Shown: piece after piece, positions 11,501 to 22,500 of the stretch
Layout of the letters: each line of letters opens with the position of its first letter
Numbering within the stretch: position 1 is the first letter of the stretch
Origin: Leucoraja erinacea
Lineage: Eukaryota
Assembly (NCBI RefSeq): GCF_028641065.1
Contig: NW_026576498.1
Coordinates: forward strand, 1 to 64,000
Length of the DNA: 64,000 nucleotides
Direction of reading: 5' to 3'
Translations under genes and position numbers: made by a program
Notes under the pieces: generated by a model
Told to the model about the DNA's origin: nothing
The model's input: the letters and a program-made list of their open reading frames with translations, nothing else
The model's database searches: none

Positions 11501-14500
11501 ACTGAAGGCTGTTTGATGGGATCTGAGTTGGGTCTGTTGTCTCTGGAAGGCAGGTGGTGGAGAGGGTTGATGTACACAAGATGGAGGCGTGTAGACGCAG
11601 GCAAACGTTCCCCCGTGTCAGAGTAGTATCTGGGGGTGGTCACAGCAGTAGAGTCGCTGCCTTACAGCGAATGCAGCTCCGGAGACCCGGGTTCGATCCC
11701 GACTACGGGCGCTGTCTGTACGGAGTTTGCACGTTCTCCCCGTGAACTGTGCGTGGGTTTTCTCCGGGTGCTCCGGTTTCCTCCCTCCCGCACTCCAAAG
11801 ACGTGCAGGTTTGTAGGTTAATTGGCTTGGTCTAAATGTAAACATTGTCCCTAGTGGGTGTGGGATAGTGTTAGTGTGTGCGGGGATCGCTGGTCGGTGG
11901 GCCTGTGCTGTGAATCTCACGCATTGGAGGTGGAGGGAGGGTGGAGGAGGTGTCGTGTGGGATAGTATCGGCTCAGAGCGGTGGGGCTGAATGGCCTGTG
12001 TTAGTCACTGTTGTTCCTTCCCGGTGTTGCAGGAGGTAGGGGTGAGCGGCCCACCGTCACGCTGGCCCCCCAGCGGCAGGATCCCCACGTCCACGAGCCC
12101 TCGGCCACCGGCCCGTCGATCATCAACACCGTGGCGGCAACGGTGGCGGCAATGTGCGGGGCGATCGTGGTGGTCGTGGTGTACGCCAAGTTACGCAGGA
12201 GAGGCAAGTCTCATTTCCCACCCCCCTCACTTTCCCCCGCTATTCTCCTGCTGCTCCCCACACATTGTATTGTATTGTACTGTATTATAACGACCACACA
12301 GCCAGGCTGGTGGAATTTGTTACAGCTCGGTACAGGTTCCAACATTTCATCAAACATTAAACATATAGAAACATAGAAATTAGGTGCAGGAGTAGAGGCC
12401 ATTCTACCAAAAATGCTGGAGTGACTCAGCGGGGCAGGCAGCGTCTGGAGAGAAGGAATAGGCAACGTTTCGGGTCGAGACCCTTCTTCAGAATGAGAGG
12501 GAGATACTGAGATAAGGAAGTGCGAGGTGTGAAAATGGGTCAAAGGGGATGGGGATCCAGCATCATTGTTAGCTGGGCGATTGGGTGACATTTCGGGGGG
12601 GGAAACGAGAGAAATTGGCGGTGATGTGGAGAAATAAAGAACAATGAATGAAAGATAAGCAATAAACATAGAAACATAGAAATTAGGTGCAGGAGTAGAG
12701 GCCATTCGGCCCTTCGAGCCTGCACCACCATTCAATATGATCATGGCTGATCATCCAACTCAGTATCCCGTACCTGCCTTCTCTCCACACCCTCTGATCC
12801 CCTTTAGCCACAAGGGCCACATCTAACTCCCTCTTAAATATAGCCAATGAACTGTGTGGCCTCAACTACCCTCTGTGGCAGAGAGTTCCAGAGATTCACC
12901 ACTCTCTGTGTGAAAAAAGTTCTCTTCATCTCGGTTTTAAAGGATTTCCCCCTTATCCTTAAGCTGTGACCCCTTGTCCTGGACTTCCCTAACATCGGGA
13001 ACAATCTTCCTGCATCTAGCCTGTCCAACCCCTTAAGAATTTTGTAAGTTTCTATAAGATCCCCTCTCAATCTTCTAAATTCTAGAGAATATAAACCAAG
13101 TCTATCCAGTCTGTCTTCATAAGACAGTCCTGACATCCCTGGATATACATACAAACAGACACATTACATAATACATAAGGGCCATGCTTATTCTTATTCC
13201 TCACCGTACAGAGTTTAAAATGTTAATTGCAGTGGGAATGGAACTGTTTTTAAAGCGGTTTGTTTTGGAGGCAATTGTCCTGTAGCGCCTCCCAGAGGGC
13301 AGTAGCTGAAAGGCATAGTGTGCAGGATGAGTAGGATCAGAGATGATCTTGCGGGCTCTGTGTAATGTCCGTTTGTGGTAAAGTGATTCAAGGGAATGGT
13401 AGGGGTAAGCCAATAATTTTAGATGCTCTGTTGATGATGCGCTGTAATTTCTTCCGGGAGAGTGAGTCGAGACTGCCGAACCAGACTGTGATGGATGAAG
13501 TGAGGATGCTTTCGATGATGGCTGTATAGAAGCGGAGCATGATCATTATTATCTAAATGGTGGCCGATTGGGAAATGGGGAGATGCAGCGAGACCTGGGT
13601 GTCATGGTACACCAGTCATTGAAGGTAGGCATGCAGGTGCAGCAGGCAGTAAAGAAAGCGAATGGTATGTTAGCTTTCATTGCAAAAGGATTTGAGTATA
13701 GGAGCAGAGAGGTTCTACTGCAGTTGTACAGGGTCTTGGTGAGACCACACCTGGAGTATTGCGTACAGTTTTGGTCTCCTAATCTGAGGAAGGACATTAT
13801 TGCCATAGAGGGAGTGCAGAGACGGTTCACCAGATTGATTCCTGGGATGTCAGGACTGTCTTATGAAGAAAGACTGGATAGACTTGGTTTATACTCTCTA
13901 GAATTTAGAAGATTGAGAGGGGATCTTATAGAAACTTACAAAATTCTTAAGGGGTTGGACAGGCTAGATGCAGAAAGATTGTTCTCGATGTTAGGGAAGT
14001 CCAGGACAAGGGGTCACAGCTTAAGGATATGGGGGAAATCCTTTAAAACCAAGATGAGAAGAACTTTTTTCACACAGAGAGTGGTGAATCTCTGGAATTC
14101 TCTGCCACAGAGGGTAGTTGAGGCCAGTTCATTGGCTATATTTAAGAGGGAGTTAGATGTGGCCCTTGTGGCTAAGGGGATCAGGGGGTATGGAGAGAAG
14201 GCAGGTACAGGATACTGAGTTGGATGATCAGCCATGATCATATTGAATGGCGAATGGTGCAGGCTCGAAGGGCCGAATGGCCTCTACTCCTGCACCTAAT
14301 TTCTATGTTCTATGTTTCTATGGCTGTATAGAAGCGGAGCATGAGATGAGACCTTGCTCTGAACTTCCTGAGCTGTCGGAGATGGAAAAGTCCTTCTCCC
14401 GACACGCTCGCTGCTGTCAGTTTGGGATAATGACAACAAATAATACTCCCCCCCCCTCCCCACCCAATTGTATTATTTCAGGACACAGGGGACAGGTCAA

Positions 14501-14546
14501 GGCCAACGAGAATGAACCACCCTCGGAATCCATCCCCTTGGTTTGA
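2551..14546 (+). CDS. Transmembrane mucin-stalk CC chemokine (CXCL16/CX3CL1-like architecture), ~543 aa, 6 coding exons
   Basis: Exons: 2551-2614 (signal peptide [21 protein letters not shown], donor GTGAGT); 4879-5017 ([46 protein letters not shown], donor GTGAGT); 8307-8389 ([28 protein letters not shown], donor GTAAGT); 10276-11385 (GKCKRRAK plus Thr/Pro/Ser repeat stalk, weak donor GTTCGA); 12033-12203 ([24 protein letters not shown] then AKLRR, donor GCAAGT); 14482-14546 ([21 protein letters not shown]). Phases 1,2,1,1,1 join in frame, 1632 nt total. The CC-x22-C-x16-C spacing and the FCVDP motif are typical of CC chemokines. Confidence 0.85.
5925..6235 (-). mobile_element. tRNA-derived SINE (HE1-like), representative near-full copy
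   Basis: The reverse complement begins CACGGTGGCGCAGCGGTAGAGTCGCTGCC (A box) ...GGTTCGATCC (B box), followed by the conserved body GCTGTCTGTACGGAGTTTGCACGTTCTCCCCGTGACC and a LINE-like tail. Other copies at ~7900, 11635, 28700, 30000-30292, 36285, 39380, 44650, 47700, 50200, 57742 and 60780. Confidence 0.8.
10401..11340 (+). repeat. Coding minisatellite, 45-bp unit ([15 protein letters not shown]), ~18 copies plus degenerate ends
   Basis: 45-nt period visible directly (ATG at 10440, next at 10485). It is in frame within exon 4 of the chemokine gene. Confidence 0.95.
13200..13545 (-). mobile_element. Non-LTR retrotransposon (Rex1/Babar-like) RT C-terminal fragment
   Basis: Translation includes ...[39 protein letters not shown], the typical ORF2 C-terminus of this clade. 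Confidence 0.75.
13548..14320 (+). mobile_element. CR1-like LINE (HER1-type) 3' fragment, longest copy in the window
   Basis: ORF 13568-14218 (RDLGVMVH...[19 protein letters not shown]...[20 protein letters not shown]...[10 protein letters not shown]) is the CR1 ORF2 C-terminus, ending in a (TTCTATGT)n tail. Dozens of 5'-truncated copies occur on both strands, e.g. ~3850-4680, 5130-5885, 7404-7835, 8690-9085, 9650-10075, 12665-13145, 18245-18727, 21215-21870, 26646-27074, 31630-32003, 33127-33543, 43470-44100 and 46360-47073. Confidence 0.92.
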
Positions 14547-15983
14547 TGTTCGCCCTGGGAGATTCCCACTAGCCAGATGAAGATCAGGACCGCTAAACTC
14601 ACAAGCAGCGTTGAATGGTGGACACGGGGCACGGTTTAATGTCGGGTTGCGTGTTACAATGTGGTTCCCCCACCACCCCTCTCCTTACCGCCATTCCCTC
14701 CTCCTCCCACTCCCACTCCCCCTGGGAATGCGAGTGTTTAGACCCAAAGTCCACGCGTTGTAGAACAAGCAGAATTAGGCCATTCTGCCCATCGAGTCTA
14801 CTCTGCCATACTCGATCCTGGCTGATCTAACTCTCCCTCCTAACCCCACCCTCTCCGTAACCCCTGACACCCGCACTAATCAAGAATCTATCAATCTGTG
14901 CCTTAAAAATATCCACTTACCTGGCCTCCACAGCTGTCTGTGGCAAAGAAACCCACAGATTCTACAGAGCTTTAGTGTTCGTAAGTGATAGGAGCAGAAT
15001 TAGGCCATTCAGCCCATCAAGTCTACTCCGCCATTCAATCATGGCTGATCTATCTCTCCCCCCTAACCTCATTCTCCTGCCTTCTCCCCATAACCACTGA
15101 CACTAATGAAGAATCTATCTATCTCTGCCTTAAAAATATCCACTGACTTGTGGCCTCCACAGCCGTCTGTGGCAAAGAATTCCACCCTCTGACCAACCTA
15201 CCCCCTTGCACTTTTTAAAAATCATAAAATGCTGGAAAAACCTTGCTGGTTGAACAGTGTCTGTGGAGAGAGGAACAGAGGTAACGTTCCGGGGTGGTCG
15301 AGCCAAACAGTGTGGAAACAGGCGCTTTGGCCCAACCTGCCCACGCCGACCAACATGCCCCATCTACACTAGTCCCACCTGCCTGCGTCTGGCCCATATC
15401 AAGACACAGGTGAGCCTTGAGCTCAGGAACGCCTAAATTAGTTATTTAGTAATTAGTACGCCTAAATTAGTTATTTTCCCCGCTCGTCAGTGATCAGGCC
15501 ACGTATCAGTCCTCCCACAGCTCACGGCCATTTTCCAATCTTCCAACCTGCCCCCTTTGCACTTTAAAAAAAAAACTACCTGCACTTTCATTGCAGTTTT
15601 TACTCCATTCTAATGTACGGTTTGATTTGTAATCGTAATCATAATCAGATGTTTTGCCTGGAACACAATTTTTTTTTAAAAACACCCTATCATGCGCTTA
15701 GTTAAAGGTAAGACAAAAAAAAGCTGGAGTAACTCAGCGGGTCAGGCAGCATCGCTGGAGAAAAGGACCAGGTGACGTTTCGGGTAGAGACATCACCTCT
15801 TCCTTCTCTCCGACTGACCGATCCGCTGAGTTACTCCAGCTTTTTGTGTCCATCTTCGGTTTAAACCAGCATCTGCAGTTCCTTCCTACACATGTGTTTA
15901 AGATTTGTACTGAGAATGGAAAAATAAAATGTTTTACTTACAGCTGCATAATAGGCCTGTAAATGCAATAACACACTGATAAT

Positions 15984-15985
<2 letters not shown>

Positions 15986-16014
<29 letters not shown>

Positions 16015-17037
16015 AAAACTCAAATCCGTCCGTCCGCCTGCAGTACGGATCCCTTCCTGCCTTTCGATTCATGCCCGATACTCGCAGATGTCCAATCGGA
16101 ATGGCCGATGCTCGCAGATGTCCAATCGGAATGGATTCATTTGCATGTACGGCTGCCGGCTGCATTTCTTCCTTTGATTCATTGCCACGCCCAATCCAAA
16201 CGCTCAATCTCCGAGATATTTTCCATTTCGGTAGAGATTTCGCTTTTCTTTCTAAGTATCCGCTCCTCATTTCATTTCGTCGTGTTGAAGTACATGTTTT
16301 TAAGCAAATCCTTCTCCCACCCACCCCCAAGTATTTCAAAAATAAACAGGCTTCTCCATTTACATGTCAGCTTCCAACACACTTCCAAACAAAGTTGCAA
16401 GAGAGGAACACTGAACTTTTCACTGCTGCAGCAGGCAGGGGAGGTGTCAATGGATTTTTTTTTAAAGAGGCAGGGCAGTGCTGGAATCTTACTTTTGAGA
16501 ACGGCTTCAGTTCCATTGGAGGAGACGGGTGCATGGTGGAATATTGGGTTGGGGGAATCACACCATTGGGGGAACAGAACCCAATGGGTCCTCCACTTGG
16601 TCTAGTATAATATTAAAACTCTGTGGCTGCTGGCTGGCTGTGTTTCTGCCTGATTTGTGGTTGCCAGCCTGTGGGTGCCAGCCTTTGAGTGGTTGTTACG
16701 CCAACACCAGACCCACAAACGCCCAGATTTTTTCCATTTCGGTAGAGATTTCACTTTTCATTCCAAGTATCCATTCCTGATTCAATTTCGTCGTGTTTAT
16801 GTACCCATTTTAAATAAAATCCTTCTCCCCCCCCCCCCCAACTCACTCATTTTGTCGCCTCCTGCTGGCCAGCGACCATAACGGCTGCTGGCGCCCGCAT
16901 CTTGCCTCAAAGACGCCAATTAAAAACAGCCGCACTGCTGAGTCGCTTGAGTTGGAGGACCACGTCTCCCGTGGGGGCTATGGGTAGGGAACGGCTACGT
17001 TGGGGGAGCAGACCCAACGGGTCTGCACTTGGTCTAG
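15986..17037 (+). mobile_element. Non-autonomous Helitron, two related units in tandem (~15986-16605 and ~16606-17037)
   Basis: 5' end TCTAT...ATATATAAAA follows an A. The 3' end has a perfect hairpin GCAGACCC-AAC-GGGTCTGC (17008-17026) then ACTTGGTCTAG|T. A degenerate second 3' end (GAACCC-AAT-GGGTCC...ACTTGGTCTAG) lies at ~16577-16605. Both units share the internal block TTTTCCATTTCGGTAGAGATTTC. Confidence 0.75.
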
Positions 17038-18145
17038 TATTAATTTAAAATTCAATAAATCAATCACCATTTTACTAATGAAAAACGGTCCTTAATGTAA
17101 CAAGTCCGTAGAAGTTCGTAGGCACAAAATGCTGGCGTAACTCAGAGGGTGAGGCCGCATCTACGGAGACAAGGAATGGGCGACGTTTCGGGTCGAGACT
17201 TCTTCAGACCAGCATTCTTTCTCCACACACATAGAAGTCCGTAGTTTGGCGTAAGTGTTGTGCAGAGTTCAAGAGGCTGGAATGAAGTGGACGTTACAGT
17301 GTTCAGGCTCCTGTACATTCTCCTCGATGGCAGGGGGTGAAACGAGAGCGTGGCCAGGGTGGTGTGGGTCTCTGGTGATGCTGGCTGCCTTTTTGCGGCA
17401 GTGTAGATCCCTCAGCTGGTGGGGAGGCTGGTCAGCATCCATGATGGACCGGGCAGTGTCCACAACTCTGCACATCTCTTCGTTCATTGAAACATAGAAA
17501 ATAGGTGCAGGAGTAGAGGCCATTCAGCCCTTTGAGCCTGCACCGCCATTCGATATGATCATCCAACTCAGTATGCCATCCCTGCCTTCTCTCCATACCC
17601 CCTGATCTCTTTAGCCACAAGGTCCACATCTAACTCCCTCTTAAATATAGCCAATGAACTGTGTGGCCTCAACTACCTTCTGTGGCAGAGAATTCCACAG
17701 ATTCACCACTCTGTGTGTGTGGGAAAACAAATGTTTTTCTCATCTCGGTCCTAAAAGATTTCCCCCTTATCCTTAAACTGTGTGTGTGTGTGTGGCCCCT
17801 TGTCCTGGACTTCCCCAACATCAGGAACAATCTTCCTGCATGTTTTTCTCATCTCAGTCCTAAAAGACGTTCCCCCTTATCCTTAAACTGTGTGTGTGTG
17901 TGTGTGGCCCCTTGTTCTGGACTTCCCCAACATCGGGAACAATCTTCCTGCATCTAGCCTGTCCAATCCCTTAAGAATTTTGTAAGTTTCTATAAGATCC
18001 TCCCTCAATCTTCTAAATTCTAGTGACACAAAGTGCTGGAGTAACTCAGCGGGACAGGCAGCATCTCTGGAGAGAAGGAATGGGTGACGTTTCGGGTCAA
18101 GACCCTTTCTCCAATTTTGGTGTACATTGTGGCAGAGATACTCAC

Positions 18146-18243
18146 AGCAAAGCAGGTTTTCGGTTTCCATGGGTTGAGATCCGATCATACTTAATAACCC
18201 AACAAATATCACTTTTGATGACTTTTCGGAATCCCTGGCAACA
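18146..18243 (-). pseudogene. Inverted, 5'-truncated duplicate of chemokine exon 2
   Basis: The reverse complement translates [32 protein letters not shown] followed by donor GTGAGT. It differs from 4920-5017 at 11 of 98 nt, and the canonical third Cys is changed to His. The acceptor side is replaced by a LINE fragment. Confidence 0.85.
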
Positions 18244-18974
18244 TCTAATTCCCTCTTAAATATAGCCAATGAACTGTGGCCTCAACTGCCTTCTGTGGCA
18301 GAGAATTCCACAGATTCACCACTCTCTGTGTGTGAAAAATGTTTTCCTCATCTCGGTCCTAAAAGATTTTCCCCTTATCCTTAAACTGTGACCCCTTGTT
18401 CTGGACTTCCCCAACATCGGGAACAATCTTCCTGCATCTAGCCTGTCCAACCCCTTAAGAATTTTGTAAGTTTCTATAAGATCCCCCCTCAATCTTCTAA
18501 ATTCCAGCGAGTACAAGCCGAGTCTATCCAGTCTTTCTTCATATGAAAGTCCTGCCATCCCAGGAATCAGTCTGGTGAACCTTTTCTGTACTCCCTCTAT
18601 GGCAAGAATGTCCTTCCTCAGATCTGGAGACCAAAACTGTACGCAATACTCCAGGTGTGGTCTCACCAAGACCCTGTACAACTGCAGTAGAACCTCCCTG
18701 CTCCTATACTCAAATCCGTTTGCTATGAGGAGTTCAAGATTCCTGGGCGTTCAAGTTGTCGAGACAGGAACGTGCAAAATGGCTACATTTTTGGTTCTGA
18801 ATTCCTCCTGCATGTCCTTCTCCATGTGACAGAGGAAGGGAGCGTTCGGCCCATCACCTCTGTGTTGGCTCACGGGGGCGATGTCTCCAGTACATTATTC
18901 ACACACACGCACGCACACACATATATACACACACACAAATGTACGCACGCACGCACATATATATATACACATTC

Positions 18975-19542
18975 TACTCTGATCAAGAAGGCTCATCAGC
19001 GTCTCTTCTTCCTGAGGAGACTGAAGAAGGTCCATCTGTCTCCTCAGATCCTGGTGAACTTCTACCGCTGCACCATCGAGAGCATCCTTACCAACTGCAT
19101 CACAGTATGGTATGGCAACTGCTCGGTCTCCGACCGGAAGGCATTGCAGAGGGTGGTGAAAATTGCCCAACGCATCACCGGTTCCTCGCTCCCCTCCATT
19201 GAGTCTGTCCAAAGCAAGCGCTGTCTGCGGAGGGCGCTCAGCATCACCAAGGACTGCTCTCACCCCAACCATGGACTGTTTACCCTCCTACCATCCGAGA
19301 GGCGCTACAGGTCTCTCCGTTGCCGAACCAGCAGGTCGAGGAACAGCTTCTTTCTGGCGGCTGTCACTCTACTCAACAACGTACCTCGGTGACTGCCAAT
19401 CACCACCCCCACCCCCCCCGGACACTTATTATTATTTATTCAAATCGTTTGCTATGTCGCTCTTCCAGGGAGATGCTAAATGCATTTTGTTGTCTCTGTA
19501 CTGTACACTGACAATGACAATTAAAATTGAATCTGAATCTGA
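18975..19542 (+). mobile_element. Rex1/Babar-like LINE 3' fragment
   Basis: Translation LIKKAHQRLFFLRRLKK...FYRCTIESILTNCITVWYGNCS...LLPSERRYRSLRCRTSR; the 3' UTR ends in (GAATCT)n. A second copy is at ~34350-34745. Confidence 0.85.
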
Positions 19543-22500
19543 TATATACACACACACACACACCAAACGCACGCACGCCATCTGATTCTGGCTCGGAGCT
19601 TCTGCGTCGTTGGAGCTTCCCGACACCGGTCTCTTACCCGATGGTGAAACCCGTAGGCCGGATTTAAACAAAAAAAGTGCAAAGTGGGTAGGTTGGAAGA
19701 TTGGGAAATGGCCTTGAGCTATGGGAGGGCAGATCCATGGCCTGATCACTGACGAGCGGGGAAAATAACTAATCTGGGCGTACAGAGCGTCGATCCCAGG
19801 CAAGGGATCGCCGGCTCCGATGTAAGTCCACGACTCGTGGTGGGGGGCTGAAAGTCAGGGCCTCCAGCCCCACGATGTTAGGCCTCAGAACGACCGGAGA
19901 TACGACCAAGGACAACAATCGCATCTCCGGCAAGGTAAGAGAATGAAAACATTTCCCCCGCCCCCTCCCCACATAAAACAAATCTGTCTTGAAGAGGGTT
20001 CCACCCCAGTGAGTTCAGACGTTTGGCAACACACTTGTAACAAATCCTTGTACCTCTTTTTCTGACGACGTCACACAAGTCTGGGAGGAAATGAGCCACG
20101 GTGGACTATATGAGAGATTATTTATTAATAGAGCAATTTTAGAAGCAAGCAAGTTTATCTCTACAGCCCATATAAGGGATTGGACACGCTAGAGGCAGGA
20201 AACATGCTCCTGATGTTGGGGAAGTCCAGAACACAGTTTAAGAATGGGGGTGAGCCATTTAGAACGGAGATGAGGAAACAATTTTTCTCACCAAGAGTTG
20301 CGAGTCTGGAATTCTCTGCCTCCGGATGCTTTCAAGAGAGAGCTAGATAAGGCTCTTAAAGATAGCGGAGTCAGCGGATATGGGGAGAAGGCAGGGGCGG
20401 GGTACTGATAGGGGATGATCAGCCATGATTACATTGAATGGTGGTGCTGGCCGAATGGCCTCTACTCCTGCACCTATTGTCATTTCAGTAACAAGCCAAT
20501 TCAAAGTGCTTTACACAGAGCATTGAAAAGCAATGAAAAACATTGTGGTGGATGTTCATGTTAAAATGTGTTTTTGAGTGATTCTGTTGCTTTTAATTGT
20601 ATGACAGACCTGACTAATGAAATTCCTCATATGTTGCAAAACATACTCGGCGAATAAAGTCTGATTCTGACTGTACGGCAAATCATATTCCTCGTATGTT
20701 GCGAAACGTATTTGGCTAATAAAGTATTATTGTGGTTGTGATTACTGGAGCACAAAGGGGCGGGGGGAAGTCAACACAGATTAATTATCGGGATTAGCAG
20801 TGGCACCAGGGTAGAGATAGGAAGGAAGGAGAGGGTGCCAAGCTCTGCCTGCATGTGATGCATATCCCACCATTCCCTGCATATCCATGTGGGATTTCTA
20901 TTTGAAAGCCTCTTAAACTAATCAAGTTCTAATCAAGTAAACAGCAAGCTATTTACTGGCTTGACCCTGCCAATAAACGTCATTCCCTCATCATGTAACG
21001 GAATCTGAGGAAAGACATTCTTGTCGTAGAGGGAGTACAGAGAAGGTTCACTGGAGACATCGCCCCCGTGAGCCAACACAGAAGTGATGGGCCGAACGCT
21101 CCCTTCCTCTGTCACAAGGAGGAGGGCATGCAGGAGGAATTCAGAACCAAAAATGTAGCCATTTTGCACGTTCCTGTCTCGACAACTTGAACGCCCAGGA
21201 ATCTTGAACTCCTCATAGCAAAAGGATTTGAGTATAGGAGCAGGGAGGTTCTACTGCAGTTGTACAGGGTCTTGGTGAGACCACACCTGGAGTATTGCAT
21301 ACAGTTTTGGTCTCCAGATCTGAGGAAGGACATTCTTGCCATAGAGGGAGTACAGAGAAGGTACCAGACCAGTACAGAGAGTACCAGACTGATTCCTGGG
21401 ATGTCAGGACTTTCATATGAAGAAAGACTGGATAGACTCGGCTTGTACTCGCTAGAATTTAGAAGATTGCGGGGGGATCTTATAGAAACGTACAAAATTC
21501 TTAAGGGGTTGGACAGGCTAGATGCAGGAAGATTGTTCCCGATGTTGGGGAAGTCCAGGACAAGGGGTCACAGCTTAAGGATAAGGGGGAAATCCTTTAA
21601 AACCGAGATGAGAAGAACTTTTTTCACACACAGAGAGTGGTGAATCTGTGGAATTCTCTGCCACAGAAGGTAGTTGAGGCCACACAGTTCATTGGCTATA
21701 TTTAAGAGGGAGTTAGATGTGGCCCTTGTGGCTAAGGGGATCAGGGGGTATGGAGAGAAGGCAGGTACGGGATACTGAGTTGGATGATCAGCCATGATCA
21801 TATTGAATGGCGGTGCAGGCTCGAAGGGCCGAATGGCCTCTACTCCTGTACCTATTTTCTATGTTTCTATGTCTGAGTGGGAATGGGAGGGGGAGTTGAG
21901 TGTTGAGCAACCGGGAGGTCAGTCTGCTGGGAGAACTCAGAGGGTCAGGCAGCATCAGAATGGTTGCTGCTGTTCCAGATTCCAGCATCTGCCGTCCCAT
22001 GTGATCCCAGTTTGCCAAATCATCTGACTTCCCTTTTCACTCAGCGTTCAACCCCCGCAAACAGAATTAGCCGGTCGGTCGCTCATCTTAAAGAAATGTT
22101 ACTGAACAACACGGCTGCCTCACAGCGCCAGAGACCCAGGTTCCATCCTGGCTGCGGGTGCAGTCTAGTGCACAGTTTGTACATTCTCCCCGTGACCTGC
22201 GTGGGTGTTCTCTGGATGCTTTCGTCCTTCCTCGGATATTGCTCTCATTGCAAATGTATCCTGGCCAGCCCCCTCGAGTTTGTGCTGTGGTTCCACACTC
22301 AAGCCCAGACCATCGCACAACCCAACCTGGGACCTATGTGGGGGTATTGTATGCCTTTCACTTAGTATGGGAACTCACATGTCACTGTACTGTACCTTAA
22401 TTGGTTAAGTGACAATGAATGCAAACTTGAACTTGAAATTCTTTTCTCGAGTTACGCCATTTACAACGGAGACGAGGAAACACTTTTTCCTCACAGAGAG

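Noticed and set aside
13568-14218. 216-aa RT-like ORF as a host gene or active element
   Set aside because: 5'-truncated CR1 ORF2 tail lacking the endonuclease and catalytic RT core; many similar copies are present.
20040-20110. CRE-like TGACGACGTCA and GGAAA motifs as a promoter of the duplicated chemokine copy
   Set aside because: No exon 1 homologue or ISRE/GAS/kB module was found nearby, and short motifs alone are insufficient.
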